DNA from: Lytechinus pictus
Lineage: Eukaryota
Assembly: GCF_037042905.1 (NCBI RefSeq)
Contig: NC_087245.1
Span: forward strand, 1,488,001 to 1,552,000
Direction: 5' to 3'
DNA: 64,000 bases
Positions 27,961 through 40,900 of the stretch are shown piece by piece. Position 1 is the first letter of the stretch, and every line of letters starts with the position of its first letter. The notes under the pieces are model-generated. The model saw only the letters and a program-made list of their open reading frames with translations. It searched no databases and was not told the DNA's origin. Position numbers and translations under genes: made by a program.

Positions 27961-28032
27961 TGTCTCTGCCGGGAATCGAACCCGGGCCCCCAGCTTTGAA
28001 CGCCGGTGCCTTAACCACTAGACCACAGAGAC
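27961..28032 (-). tRNA. tRNA-like gene or pseudogene with anticodon TCA, repeat-borne, tRNA-Glu-like body
   Basis: GTCTCTG TG GTCT AGTGGTTA AGGC A CCGGC GTTCAAA GCTGG GGGC CCGGG TTCGATT CCCGG CAGAGAC A then TTTTTT: all four stems pair; A and B boxes intact; atypical G32. Confidence 0.55.
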
Positions 28033-28372
28033 GGGTTAGTGGCTAGGGCGACCCCGATCCGATTGACCGTCAGATAGACAGATTTTCGATACTATACCAA
28101 TTATAATTTCCTTTGTCGTGTGAAGGTGGGTCAGTTCGAACAATGACAAGCCGCCATGCTTCAGCTGGATCAAAGCTATTGCTTTGATACAGTACACGTA
28201 TGGGAGAAAGTATATATACAAATGTGTAAAGTTATACATGTACAACAGCTTTGGCAACTCTTTTATTTAAATATTGTAAAGAAATGGATGAAGAGAACAA
28301 TGGTAGGCGTAGCTTAAATCAAGGTTCCCCAGAGCTATCTACCCTTTGGAAAAATTGGTGATGCCGAAAAAA

Positions 28373-28444
28373 TGTCTCTGCCGGGAATCGAACCCGGGCC
28401 CCCAGCTATGAACGCCGGTGCCTTAACCACTAGACCACAGAGAC
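28373..28444 (-). tRNA. second copy of the tRNA-like sequence (anticodon TCA, T at position 37)
   Basis: Identical to 27961-28032 except anticodon loop GTTCATA. Confidence 0.5.
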
Positions 28445-28878
28445 GGGTTAGTGGCTAGGGCGACCCCGATCCGATTGACCGTCAGATAGACAGATTTTCG
28501 ATACTATACCAATTATAATTTCCTTTGTCGTGTGAAGGTGGGTTTCGAACAATGACAAGCCGCCATGCTTCAGCTGGATCAAAGCTATATTGCTTTGATA
28601 CAGTACACGTATGGGAGAAAGTATACAAATGTGTAAAGTTATACAGCTTTGGCAACTCTTTTATTTAAATATTGTAAAGAAATGGATGAAGAGAACAATG
28701 GTAGGCGGTTCGATTCCCGGCAGAGACATTTTTTCGGCATCACCAATTTTTCCAAAGGGTAGATAGCTCTGGCCGAACCTTGATTTAAGCTACGCCTACC
28801 ATTGTTCTCTTCATCCATTTCTTTACAATATTTAAATAAAAGAGTTGCCAAAGCTGTTGTACATGTATAACTTTACAC

Positions 28879-28958
<80 letters not shown>

Positions 28959-31579
28959 CGAAGAGGGGAGGTATTCCTAACTAAAAGATGAAAGGCCTCA
29001 ATAAATAATGCGAGCGCGAGCCCAAATATGTTGATATTTCATAAATTGTAACCTGGAAATTGAACATTCTGAACATTTTTTGTGATCATGAACTAGAACC
29101 TAAACCATTAATGCGAGCGCGAAGCGCGAGCTGAAAGTTTTTGATTTTCCAACCTAAAAACTAGACATTCGTAACACTTTTTCAAATCATGAACAGGATA
29201 GGAATTACCTAAAAACAGGACATTTGTAACACTTTTTCAAATCATGAACAGAATAGGAATTCAACCAAATAATAGATGCGAGCGCGGGCTGAAAGTTTTT
29301 TATTTTCCAACGAAGCGCGAGCTGAAGGTTTTTGATTTTCCAACCTAAAAACTGGACTTTCGTAACACTTTTTCAAATCATGAACAGAATATGAATTTAA
29401 CTAAATAATAGATGCGAGCGCGAGCTGAATTTTTTTATATTTTCTAACCTAAATACTGGACATTCATAGCACTTTAAAAAGAATATGAGCAGGATAGGAA
29501 TCTCAACAATTAATGCGAGCATGAAGCGCGAGCTGACAGTTTTTGATTTTCCAACCTAAAAACTGCATGAACATTCATAGCACTTTAAAAAGAATATGAA
29601 CAGGATATGAATGGAAACAATAATGCGAGCGTGAAACGCGAGCTGAACGTTTTTAATTTTCCAACCTACAAACTTGACATTCTTAGCACTTAATAGTGAA
29701 CGGAATAGGAATCTAAACAATGAATGCGAGCGCGAAGCGCGAGCTGAAACGTTTTTTTTTTTCAACCTAAAAACTGGACATTCATGGCACCTTCAAAAGA
29801 ATATGAACAGGACAGGAATCTAATCAATTAACGCGAGCGCGAGCTGAAAGTTTTTGATTTTCCAACCTAAATACTAGACATTCTTAGTCCAGGATAGGAA
29901 TCTTGACAATTAATGAGGGCGCGTAGCGCGAGCTAAAAGTTTGTATTTCCAACCTAAAAACTGGACAATCGTAACACTTTTTCAAATTATGAACAGGATA
30001 GGAATTTTACTAAACAATATTAGATTCGAGCGCGAAGTGTGGCCTAAAAATTGGTATCATTAGCATAAGGACATGTTAGCTATCTAACTAAATTTTGATT
30101 AATGTGAGCGCGAAGCGTATCCTGATTTTTTTTTCCGACCAAAAAAGGCATCTTCTTTTCACCTTTTGGCAATTAAGAAGATAGTATCTGACTCAACCAT
30201 ATTACTGATGCGAGCGCGAAGCGCGAAGTGTTTTTTTTATATTCAGATCTGAAAACTGGATCTTTCAAGCACTTTTAAAATAAAGAACAAGCAGTTTATC
30301 TCAATAAGCAATGCGAGCGCAAAGCGCGAGCTGACTTTCTTTTAAGATTTAAACCTACATATTATGAAAAAGATGGATATCTTCCTAAATAAATGATTTG
30401 ATTTTATATATTTCGATCTAAAAAGTGAAAAAAATTTAAGCACGTTTTGAAATAAAGAGATGGCTGTGTATTAATGCAAAGCGCGAGTGATTTTTCTTAT
30501 TTTTATACTATGACCTGAAAGTTTTATTTTTTCCAGTTATTCCCCTCCCCTCCCCTTCCATCATTTTATTTTCTTCCTCGTCCTATCTTTCTTCTTATTT
30601 TTCTCCTCACCTTCCTATTTTGCGCCGCCAATAGGGGGCGGGCCGCCGCTTCGCCCCTTGATCTACCTATGATGCCCCCTCCCACAGCAGGAATTTTGTG
30701 TAAAAATTGAATATAAAAGTCTCGTTAATAGCCTGGATATTTAAAAACAAACTTGTGCGATTTAAACATAGTTAAAATTCACTGCGAAGGATTAATCATA
30801 ACTCATGAAAACTATTCTTTTTACTGAGTACGCGAACAATGAAAATATTCTTATATTCCAAGTAAATTTGGAATAAAGGGAAATGAATTGGTTTAAGAAA
30901 GGTATGTTTTACGGGGTATGGAACATTCTCGTCTACCATCTATGCACTAAATTTACTTATAAGTATCCAGAGGCGATTTTCTTTTTTCGTCATTTTTATT
31001 AGTTATGAAATTGACAATGGCCATCAATGTCATCACTCTTTGGCTGGCATATAGGGCTAGATGCGAGTTCGAGAATAGTCGGGCCGGTATGCCTTTTCTT
31101 TTCCTATCCAATTTCTTAACAAAAACTATCTGTTTATCTATATTTCGAAATTCGATGATACATGTGTATAATTTCAATTTTGAATTATGTATTTTTTTTT
31201 CCATAATAAAAGACCACAAATAGTAGGGGGGACATTTGATATTATGTCACCCCTTTCCAAAATGGTAGGGGGACGCGTCCGGCCCCCTGGGATTTCCGCC
31301 GAATCGCAAGTTGCAGAATGTAGAGTTACTTCGGATCTGAAAACATATTGTTTACATTTTTATTGGGCGAGGAGAACTAAATCAGGATCCGATATATATC
31401 ATCATTTTCCTGGGGACTCTACTAAAATAAAAAAAAACTGTTTGAGAATCAAGCAACAAATAAATGGAAGGGAAAATATTTCCTTTTTCTGAATGTAACT
31501 ACTTCATGTAAATCACGGAATATTTATGATCTAGAAATGATAACAAGAGAATTCAAATGTTAGAAAATATTTTTCTCGC

Positions 31580-31666
31580 TTTCGCGGTGACAAGTTTGCG
31601 ATTGGTGCAGTGTTTGCGCGAAACATACACGTGAGACGTCTCGCGCGAAATACGAGTCGCGGGAAA
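31580..31666 (+). promoter_or_regulatory. E2F gene proximal promoter with four E2F sites, a CCAAT box and an E-box
   Basis: TTTCGCGG 31580-31587; ATTGG 31601-31605; GCGCGAAA 31616-31623 and 31643-31650; CACGTG 31628-31633; GCGGGAAA 31659-31666; ~330 bp upstream of the ATG. Confidence 0.75.
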
Positions 31667-31994
31667 TCTCTCCCGATTTGATTTTATTAGGCCAGACGTC
31701 GCTGACCAAACGGGACTGTGGCTTTTTCATTCATTGGAAAGAATTTGGATGAAGGAAGGAAATCCATTCAATCTTGACGAATCTGAGCATTTATTTTAAA
31801 TTCCAGAAGCACTTCATTATATTCAATCTTTAAGATACCCACTGTTCCATCGATTTCAATCAGTTGTTTCCAGAAAGTAGAAATTTAACCGGTTATTGTT
31901 GTCCTTAGTAGGTCTAGTTAATCTTCTGCGTCAGCCGTCCGTAGCAGTTTTTCACTGTCCTCAGCTCGGATCCCGCGTAGACTTCTCCCCGAAA

Positions 31995-34900
31995 ATGCCC
32001 CGCGGAGGAGCAGTGACTGCTGTTCGTCGGCAGCCGACAGAAGCTAGAATAAGGACAATTTTGGGCATGTCACCGCAAGGAATTCTCCCTGACTTTTCGA
32101 ACCAATCATTGTCGTCAGACATAACGAATGTATCGTCAAATATTAAGGAAGAAATTGATCAAGAAATAGTGGACGTTGTTGGGTTTACGCCGGAGTTTGA
32201 CTCGACAAAAGGAATGAGACCTCAACTTGGGAGACCACCAGTAAGCATCACTTGTTTGATAATGATAGACCCCTGTTTTTTGTTGTTTTTTTTACTCAGT
32301 TCTCAGAAGACCACTGAGCTCAGTTGCTCCTTATCATCTAACAAAGTTATTCATCTAGAACTAACGTTAAAAGTCGTTAGATTTATTTTAGTGTTTGAAT
32401 CATGATCACAAAGAAAAAATCTCTCTAATCTAACGTTAACTTTACTCCTGACTTTACTCTAACTTTTAGCCAGTCTAAGTTAGGGCCTACTAGTACTACT
32501 ACTAGTACTACTACAGTCTGAATTCTCAATAACAAATCTCTAACTTAAGCATGTTAACATTAAATTTTAATGAATTGGAATTCTAATAAGTTGGAGTCAT
32601 TACGGTCTAGCCTTGGCTTGAGCCTGAGCCTGAGGACTTTGTAATGATATTTTTTAATATTTTGACATAGTCTAACGTTATACTTCTTCATCACGAAGGT
32701 CTATGAACCTTCATGCGCCTAATGCATATAAACTTAAGGGGTAAAAATTCTTTCACTATAAATGGCAAAAATGAGAGGTTTCTTACCAGACCGATCTCAT
32801 GTACTATATGTAGATCCTTCGATCCGTTTGTCAACAAAGCAAATACAATAAGTCAATATGCCTGACCCTTGTTGAACCGCTTCGTTATGATGTACCTTCA
32901 ATTAGCGATGTTACAAAATGCCGTTTTGAAGAACAGTTTATAGATAAAAATTGTTATTTAACAAATACTAAAATTTAATAGGCCCTAGGCCCTATGTGAT
33001 TATAAATAATTAGGCCTATTATAATAAAAATAATTTAATAATTAATAGGTAATAATTTAATAAATAATAGGTGTAGGGGGCCTATAGATAACTTAAATCA
33101 AACAAATGTGATTTCTATCTTTGTTTAAAAGAGTCTTATAATGGCACAGGGTTCAAGGCTTCGTGATGAAGAAGTATAGGCCTATGTCAAAATATTAAAA
33201 AATATCACAAAGTCCTCAAAGCTAGGCTGTTCACCTGTATTGCATCTGCTGGTCCCGGCATAATAAGCACTGTCTATTGATTGCACTTTTATTAACCAGT
33301 AATTCTGACATTTTTTTTTCCAAAGGCTAAAAGGAAACTGGAGCTGGACTCTGCCGCTGGTCGATCATCAAATGTTGCTTCTAGTACAGCTTTCAAGACA
33401 CCTAGTCCTAGACCCTCAGCAAAAACAAAAAAGACAAGAGGTATTTTTTTATAGGATCATGTTGAAGAGCTATTGGGTCTTTTTAATGTTTCAATCTGTT
33501 TTAGCTTATAGTTATACGGCGCATATCATTCAGTAAATATTTGCGCAAGCATAATTTGCGGTAATTTTTATATAACTTTTTCTGTACTTAAATCAATTCA
33601 GTAAAAGCTAGATACTGTACTGGTAGTCTTAATTAAAACTGTATAAAGGTATTTAATTTTCCTAGGTTTTTTTAAAGGGGGGGATGGGACTATTTGTTTA
33701 AAGCCTGTCTGTACATGATGTAGGTCCTCCATGCACTTACAGCTATCCCAAGTTATTACTTGATTAGGCCTACATGTATATGAAAGTGTTCACCCGAAAT
33801 TTGTTAGGATGTGGAGGATAGGAAGTGAAAATTTATTTTACAGGATACAGGATAAATTGTGAGATAAAATATATTTTTAGTTGGTGCCCTATCAGATCAA
33901 AATATCTCTGTGCCTTATCTTTAACTTGTAATATGCATGTATTTCATTTCATAGAATGAACTCAAAATGAGTTTCAGCATATATGTCTGTACACTGGAGC
34001 TTTCTGATTGTAGATTGTCTAAAATATCCCTATTCAAAAGAAAGAAAAAGAAATTACCAAGAGAGGGTGATAGATATGAAACCATGCCATATATGAATTC
34101 TAATGGATGAAGAATATTATTTGGTTGCCACTAAACTTATATGATTGGAATGTTAAATGATAATTCATATTATTGACCCTTCACCAAAGCTGTAGCTGGA
34201 CTTAAAGGGATGGTCCGGGCTGAAAATACTTATATCTTAAGTAGAATTCACTGAGCAAAATGCCGAAAAATTCATCAAAATCGGATAACAAATAATAAAG
34301 TTATTGAAGTTTTAAGTTTAGCAATATTCTGTGAAAACAGTTGTCATGAATATTCATTAGGTGGGCTGATGAAATCGGTAAAATCAAGAGAGGACAATTG
34401 ATCAAAATGAGATGGAGAATTGCCAGATTACAAATTTATTTGTTCTTCCCATTCGTCTTCCTTCATCCCTCTTCCTTGATTGATGACAGCGCCCACAAGG
34501 TCACCCATGGAAAAGTCCCGATACGACACATCATTAGGTCTTCTAACAAAGCGATTTGTTGGTCTACTAAGAGGAGCACCGGATGGTGTCCTTGACCTGA
34601 ATAGAGCAGCAGAAGTTCTTGAAGTCCAGAAGAGGAGAATATACGACATCACAAATGTATTAGAAGGCATTAAACTCATTACCAAGAAATCCAAGAATAA
34701 CATCCAATGGAAGTAAGTGATTTGTTCAGGACTTTTATTTGAAAAAAAAAACGAGATGTATTGAGATGTCAGTCACTGGGAGATCCAGGGGGGGGGGGGG
34801 GGCAAAGCCAGCCTATGCCCCCCCCCCCTTTGAGAGGCACAATTTCAAATGCAAGAAGGGATTCTCTTTTTTTCAGAAGAGGAACTGAAAGTTTTCTTAG

Positions 34901-37900
34901 TACTGCAGACCTTCATTTTTGAGGAGTGCGATCGCGCCGGCGCTCCTAAAAAAAATAAGGAGAACAAAAAATTGCGCTCCTAAAAAAAAAAAAGGCTTTG
35001 CAAATGTTGCTGAAATTTCACATTTTACATCTTTATATTCACGAAATAGGCATCTGTTTTCCATAATTCCTTGAAATTATTTTGATTTAGTTGGAAACTA
35101 CCGAAAAAATGAAGAATATTCACCTCTTTCCCGACTCTGATTTGATTTTAAGCTCGGTAAATATTGTAGTCCCATATGTAGATTTTCATGGCAACACCAT
35201 GGAAGTCTACATGTGGGACTACAATATTTACCGAGTGTAAATTCAAAGCAGAGTTGGGAAAGAGGTGAATATTCTTCATTTTTCTGATAGTTTTCAACTA
35301 AATCAAAATAATTTCAAGGAATTATGGAAAGTAGATGGCCATTTTTAAAAATTTTCTTTTTGTTAAGCAGGAGCGCGATATTTTGTAAACGTATTGTCCC
35401 AGGCCTAGTTTCACCCATACACAGATATTGCATAGGCCTATACGATGTTAAGAAAAATCTACAATTTATCATACATGTATTGTATTGAATTGTTTTGAGC
35501 TCCTCAAGGAGAGCGATTCTGAGGAGCTCAATTGAGCTCCTCAAAAAAATAAGGAGAGCGATTTATTGAGCTCCACGAAATTATAAACGTGAAGGACTGG
35601 TACTGTAGGTACATGATGCAGCTCTTCATTTGCTGTTGACATCAACACAGCAACAGCCCAACATGTTAAAAGGGAAAGATGAATAGGGTCATTTAAATTT
35701 GTGGTTACAAGGTCAATGCATACAAAAGGAGATTTGTATACCTCTCACCCACCCCCTCTATTGTTCGCCTTCCCATTCATAAACCAAGGATGAGTGAAAC
35801 TTCCTGCCTTTGTGAGGGCACAGGGAAGGGAATTGATCAGTAGAATAACTAAAGATGTTGCTTTTAAGCCGACTTGCACATACATGAATACTACAGTGGC
35901 GCTTGTACTCCAAATGGGGTGCTTTTATACCACTAGTCATCAGTGTACATTTCCTTTTGTCCAATAAATACATTATTTTGTAACTTTGAAATACAAGTTT
36001 TATAATAATTCTTACTTTGTATTGTAATAGTTACGGTATTTGTATTTCAAGGGCGGAAGGAAAAAGAGGAAAATTGAAACAACAAAGCAGATTGCCTAAT
36101 TTTTGTATTGTTAAAATGATCATTTTCAGAGTTCCATGGGTAGACCGACGAGTGATAACATTTAATTAATAACAGGACCCAGACTTGTATTTTTAAAGCT
36201 AAATGAACGTAGTTGCAGTAAAACACTGATTTCGTGAAAAAGTCTGTAAAACCAAGGTTAAGTATTGATATATCCTCGTGGATCTAGATCTGCTACAGTC
36301 ACATTAACTGAACTTTGTGAAATCATAATATCTAGCTCAAAAACGATCACACTAAAGATCGCCAACACAGATAGGCACACGTGGGACAGTGTATCATTAT
36401 TGCTGGAATAAAGACCCGGCGGAAGTGACCGAATCCGCGCTTATTTTGCTTATTTCTCAGCAATTACACAATTTCTTCCAGAATCCTTTGGCACATATTT
36501 TTCATTCATACAAACAGACACTTTGGTGATCATTATATTGAATTCTGTAAAAAGTCATTTTGAGATCGTTCCTACAACTGGAATTAATCTTTAATGTATT
36601 ATCCACTGCCTTCTGTCAAAAACAACATACACTGTACTCTCTATAACCATACAACCAAAGTGTTAGTCCACACATAAAGGGTGGATGGGTGGGTCACAAA
36701 AGCTATTCAAAGTCAAGTTAATGTGTTGAAATAAAACTGGGGTCAGGAGGGTAGTTCTTTCAGAACTGATCAATGTAGTTATTGATGCATCACTCCTTAC
36801 AATTCCATGCCAATGAAGTTACAATACTGTGTGCAATATACATCATACATGAGCAGCCAGAAAGTGTTTGGTCTGTAATCTGTATTGCCACTTCAAGACG
36901 GGAAATGAATTTCATTATTAACATGTTTCTCCAAAATGCTGGATAAATGTATAGGTTGATTGCATATTAATAAATATGTTCTTCATAAAAGCGATATTTA
37001 GAGAAAAACCTTGAATAGCACATGCTTTGATAAATTCATTAAATGATATACATTTCACCAAACCTTTAACATCTATGTTTCAGTCTTTATCTAATCAGGA
37101 TATAAAGTCTACATGACAGTAATGCTATTTGCATAAATAAAGATGTGAGGAAGGGGATAAGTGATAAATTATTCACTCTCGATGCATTTGAGCAAGCAAA
37201 GTATTTATTAAATTACACAATCCTTATTTTGTCTAATCTGTTATGTTTTTTTTTCAGAGGTGCTAATAGTTCTGTAGCTGTTCATGCTGGTTATGTCAAT
37301 CCACAATTATCGGCAGAAACAGTCAATTTACATTCAGGTGAGTATTATTAGCTGGACCTAAAATAGATCTTTGAGGGAACTACAATAAAGGCAACGCCAC
37401 TTTCCTACATGTGGGCCCGAATTCACAAAGGTAGTTTTTAAAACCATCATTTGAACACATGGTTTATGCATATTTCCTGTATAAATAATACACTTATTTA
37501 CCGCGTATATTAAAAAATGTCCAATGCTGATGTGCACTTTCGTCAGTGCGCCAAATTGACTGCTTTGGTTATCCACGCTATTTTATTCATAAGTCCACTG
37601 TTTCGAATTAATGAGCCCACTCTTCAAACAGTGGACTCATGAATAAAATAGCGTACTTAACCATGGCAACAGGCATCAATTGGGTGCACTGAGACAAAAG
37701 CGCACATCAGCATTGGACATTTTTTAATATACACGGTAAATAGCATACTTTATACAGGAAATATGCATAAACCATGGGTTCAACTCATGGGCCATTATGT
37801 GTTTATTTCACCCCACAATGGGCAAAATATATTTTTTTATGAAAAAAAATAACGAAAAATATCCCAAGGCCAATTAGTGTTTGGCTTTAACCCTATCTAG

Positions 37901-40900
37901 GCCGGGGTATTTTGGGAGTTCATATGGCCGGGGGGGGGGGGGGGGGGGGGGGGGGCTCCCAGCCCCCCTTGAGATCTCGGCCGTCGACCGCGTGATCGTG
38001 CCGAAAATTGGCACACGGATTGCCTGGGACATAATCCACAAAATTGTATAGTAATTTATTTCATGCGAATCGCTATTAAGTGATTATGCTAATTTATGCA
38101 TAATTAGTATGCGAAATCATACTTTTTCCTCTAACTCCCTAAATAAAGCTCCAAATGTTCTAATATTTGGTGTAGAAACTCTTTGTGGTGTTCTTAGCAA
38201 GTGTACATGAAAAAAATTGCGATATCAAATCATTTTCTTATGTATTATATTGTTTTTTGCAATTTCTTATGTATTTCTCTGTTTTTTGACCTTTTGTTTT
38301 TCATTGTTTTTCAATAGAGTTTGTTGGGGACTCTTCTGGGATCATAAAAAGCATAAAATAAATACATTTAGACCAGCAAAACTAAAAATAATCATACATT
38401 TATGAATTTTGGTTGAAAACACAATTTGCATTGACTTTGTACACAAGACCATGTTTTTGAGCAAATTTTGGTCTGACATGCACTTACATAATGTTGCATA
38501 ATTTCGGAACCACGTACCCAGGTGACGCAAAATTTGTCTCAAAAGTTGTGCAAGACTTGAAAGTAAGAAGTCAGCGAGCAGCCCGGTCAAAAAATTTCGC
38601 GTGGCGAAAATATCGCGCGATTTGTTGAGGGGGGGGGCCTCCGAGGCCCCCCCCCCCAGCCTAGATAGGGTTAAGGCTTACAAATGGGAAATCCAAGGCA
38701 ATGGACTTGATGCCTTTAGAATAATCTAAGCCTTGGCTATTTCAAATTAGATTTCATACAATTATTTCAGTAATCTTGTTTGATAATAAATATAAACATC
38801 CATCTTATTTTACTTAAGAAAATGAAAAAAATTAAGTATGAATCAGCAAAAAGGAATTCAGTACTTTTGTTTGATGTATTACCCCCCCCCCCAAAAAAAA
38901 AAAAAACACATAAAAAATGAATTAAAAATACTATTGATAGACTTAACTTTGTCATGCCATTATGTGTAAAATGTTTTTGACCTTACTGGGTCACTCCTAT
39001 TCAGATAATTTAACAGATTGTAAGTTCACCTCATGTACGTGTCACCTCATGTACGTGTTCCCTCACTTCGATATGTCCCTAGATATGGGAAGAAGTGTGG
39101 TGTAATGGCTATATATATACCCAACCCAGACTAAGCTGGAAATCGACCGAACAAATATGATATTAAACCTTACAGAATAGCTGATATTAGATTTAGATAC
39201 TCTGTGCTTATTTGTTTACTATGTTAAACATAGTGATCTTTTCATTTTGAAAGTAATTATTAACATTTTAAAAATAATTGATATATTTTTTCCCTAACCA
39301 GAATTGAATGATTTAGAGGCTCAAGAGAAGCGATTAGATGAGTTACTAAGGAATGCATCCACGCAGCTGAAGACCCTTACAGAAGACCCTGATAATGCAA
39401 GATATCCTTTGAAATAATTGTGGAATGGTATTTTACTGTACCAAAACTAAGTCCAACCATCTTTAAGATACCAGAACTGCTTTTGACATCCATAATCCTA
39501 TTATTGTGCAGATTGTGGCAATAAAGAAACGTTGTTACATACAGTATGTATATTGCATTAACGAAGGCCAGAGTATGGTTCAAATAACTTTTACAAGGCT
39601 CTTTTTGTTGGATGGCATAGCCAACACTTGGTTTAGTCATGAGTTTCATAGGGTTTCATAGCCATGACAGTGTTAGACAATCTGAGAATTAGACCATCTG
39701 CTAGTAGACCAGTGAGTTTAGCCATGATAGTGTTAGTCTATCTACTGGTAGACCAAGCGGCAGTCAGATGGTAAAACGGTCTAACTAAAAATTTCACTTT
39801 TTGAGGTTCAATTTCCTGGTAATGTGAGAGCGCTCTTTCCGATGGTGCTTTCGAGAAAATCCTATCATGTCTTGTAGTGACAATTTCCGCAATCTCGGTA
39901 CTTTTTTATACTTTTCTTTCAGATTTGATGGTTAAACAGTCTTTCTTTGAGTTAGCCCATTGTCTGTATTGTCGTTTGGAGGTAAAGCGAGCTATCTTTA
40001 ATATAAACCTTTTAACCCTGAGATTTTTTAATCATTGCTGTCAGATGGTAAAATAGTCTATCTTTGAGTAAAACCATTTTACCATCTGACGGCCATTAGA
40101 AGATAAACCTTCTTTGATGTGTAGTGTGACTATACATGTGCTTTGGTTAAAGGTCAAGTCCACCCCAGAGAAATGTTGATTTGAATAAAAAGAGAAAAAT
40201 CCAACTAGCAAAATGCTGAAAATTTGATCAAATCAGATGTAAAATAAGAAAGTTATGACATTTTTAATTTTTGCTTATTTTTAACAAAGCAGTGAAATGC
40301 ACAACTCAGTGACATGCAAATGAGACAGTCGATGATGTCCCTCACTCACTATTTCTTTTGTTTTTTATCGTTTGAATTATACAATATTTCATTTTTTACA
40401 GATTTGACATTGAGGACAAACTTGACTGAATTATATAGTATTAAACAATGCTAATTCCACAAGCTCATGGAAGAATCAATCATTGTTTCACTTGACAATG
40501 AGGAGAAAATAAGAATATTCCATATTTCATATAATAAAATACAAAAGAAATAGTGAGTGGATGACGTCATCAGTCTTCTCATTTGCATACCCACCAGGAT
40601 GTGCATACAACTGTTTTGCGATATTAAGCGAAACTTTAAAATGTCATAACTTTTTTATTTTGCATCCGATTTTGATGGAATTTTCAGTGTAATGCTTGTT
40701 GGATTTTTCTCTTTTTATTCAAATCAACCTCTTGTTGGGGTGGACTTGTCCTTTAAACAGTCTATCTGCACAGAAATCTTGTTTATTTCTTATCTAAAAC
40801 CCCAAATAAGCACTGTCACTGCGTTATACCCATCTCCTAAAAAAGCTAAACTCTTAACTTTAAGTCATTTTTTTCAGAACAGCGATTTTCGAGATTCACT

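Larger units (their letters stand above)
27751..28882. repeat. ~410-bp tandem repeat (two full units, one partial) plus an inverted partial unit, inserted at the (TA)n tract
   Basis: Units start at ~27751, ~28157, ~28566; strand flips at ~28708 and runs into (TA)n at ~28883. Confidence 0.9.
27665..31300 (-). mobile_element. inverted second copy of the 25172-27304 element with a ~1.15-kb insertion and a longer internal array
   Basis: 27665-27742 is the reverse complement of ~27235-27304; 28883-31300 is the reverse complement of ~25176-27200. Confidence 0.85.

Noticed and set aside
27961..28032. Selenocysteine tRNA gene (UCA anticodon)
   Set aside because: Canonical 7/5 fold with a 4-nt variable loop and 72-nt length; tRNA-Sec has a 9/4 fold and a long variable arm
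28111..28150. Hammerhead ribozyme in the 410-bp unit (GTGAAGG...CGAAC inside a stem)
   Set aside because: Core deviates from CUGANGA and GAAA, and no convincing stem II or cleavage triplet; not supportable without a covariance-model search
31896..32405. 169-aa ORF with upstream TTG start
   Set aside because: It is E2F exon 1 plus UTR and intron read-through; ATG 31995 and donor 32241 fit better
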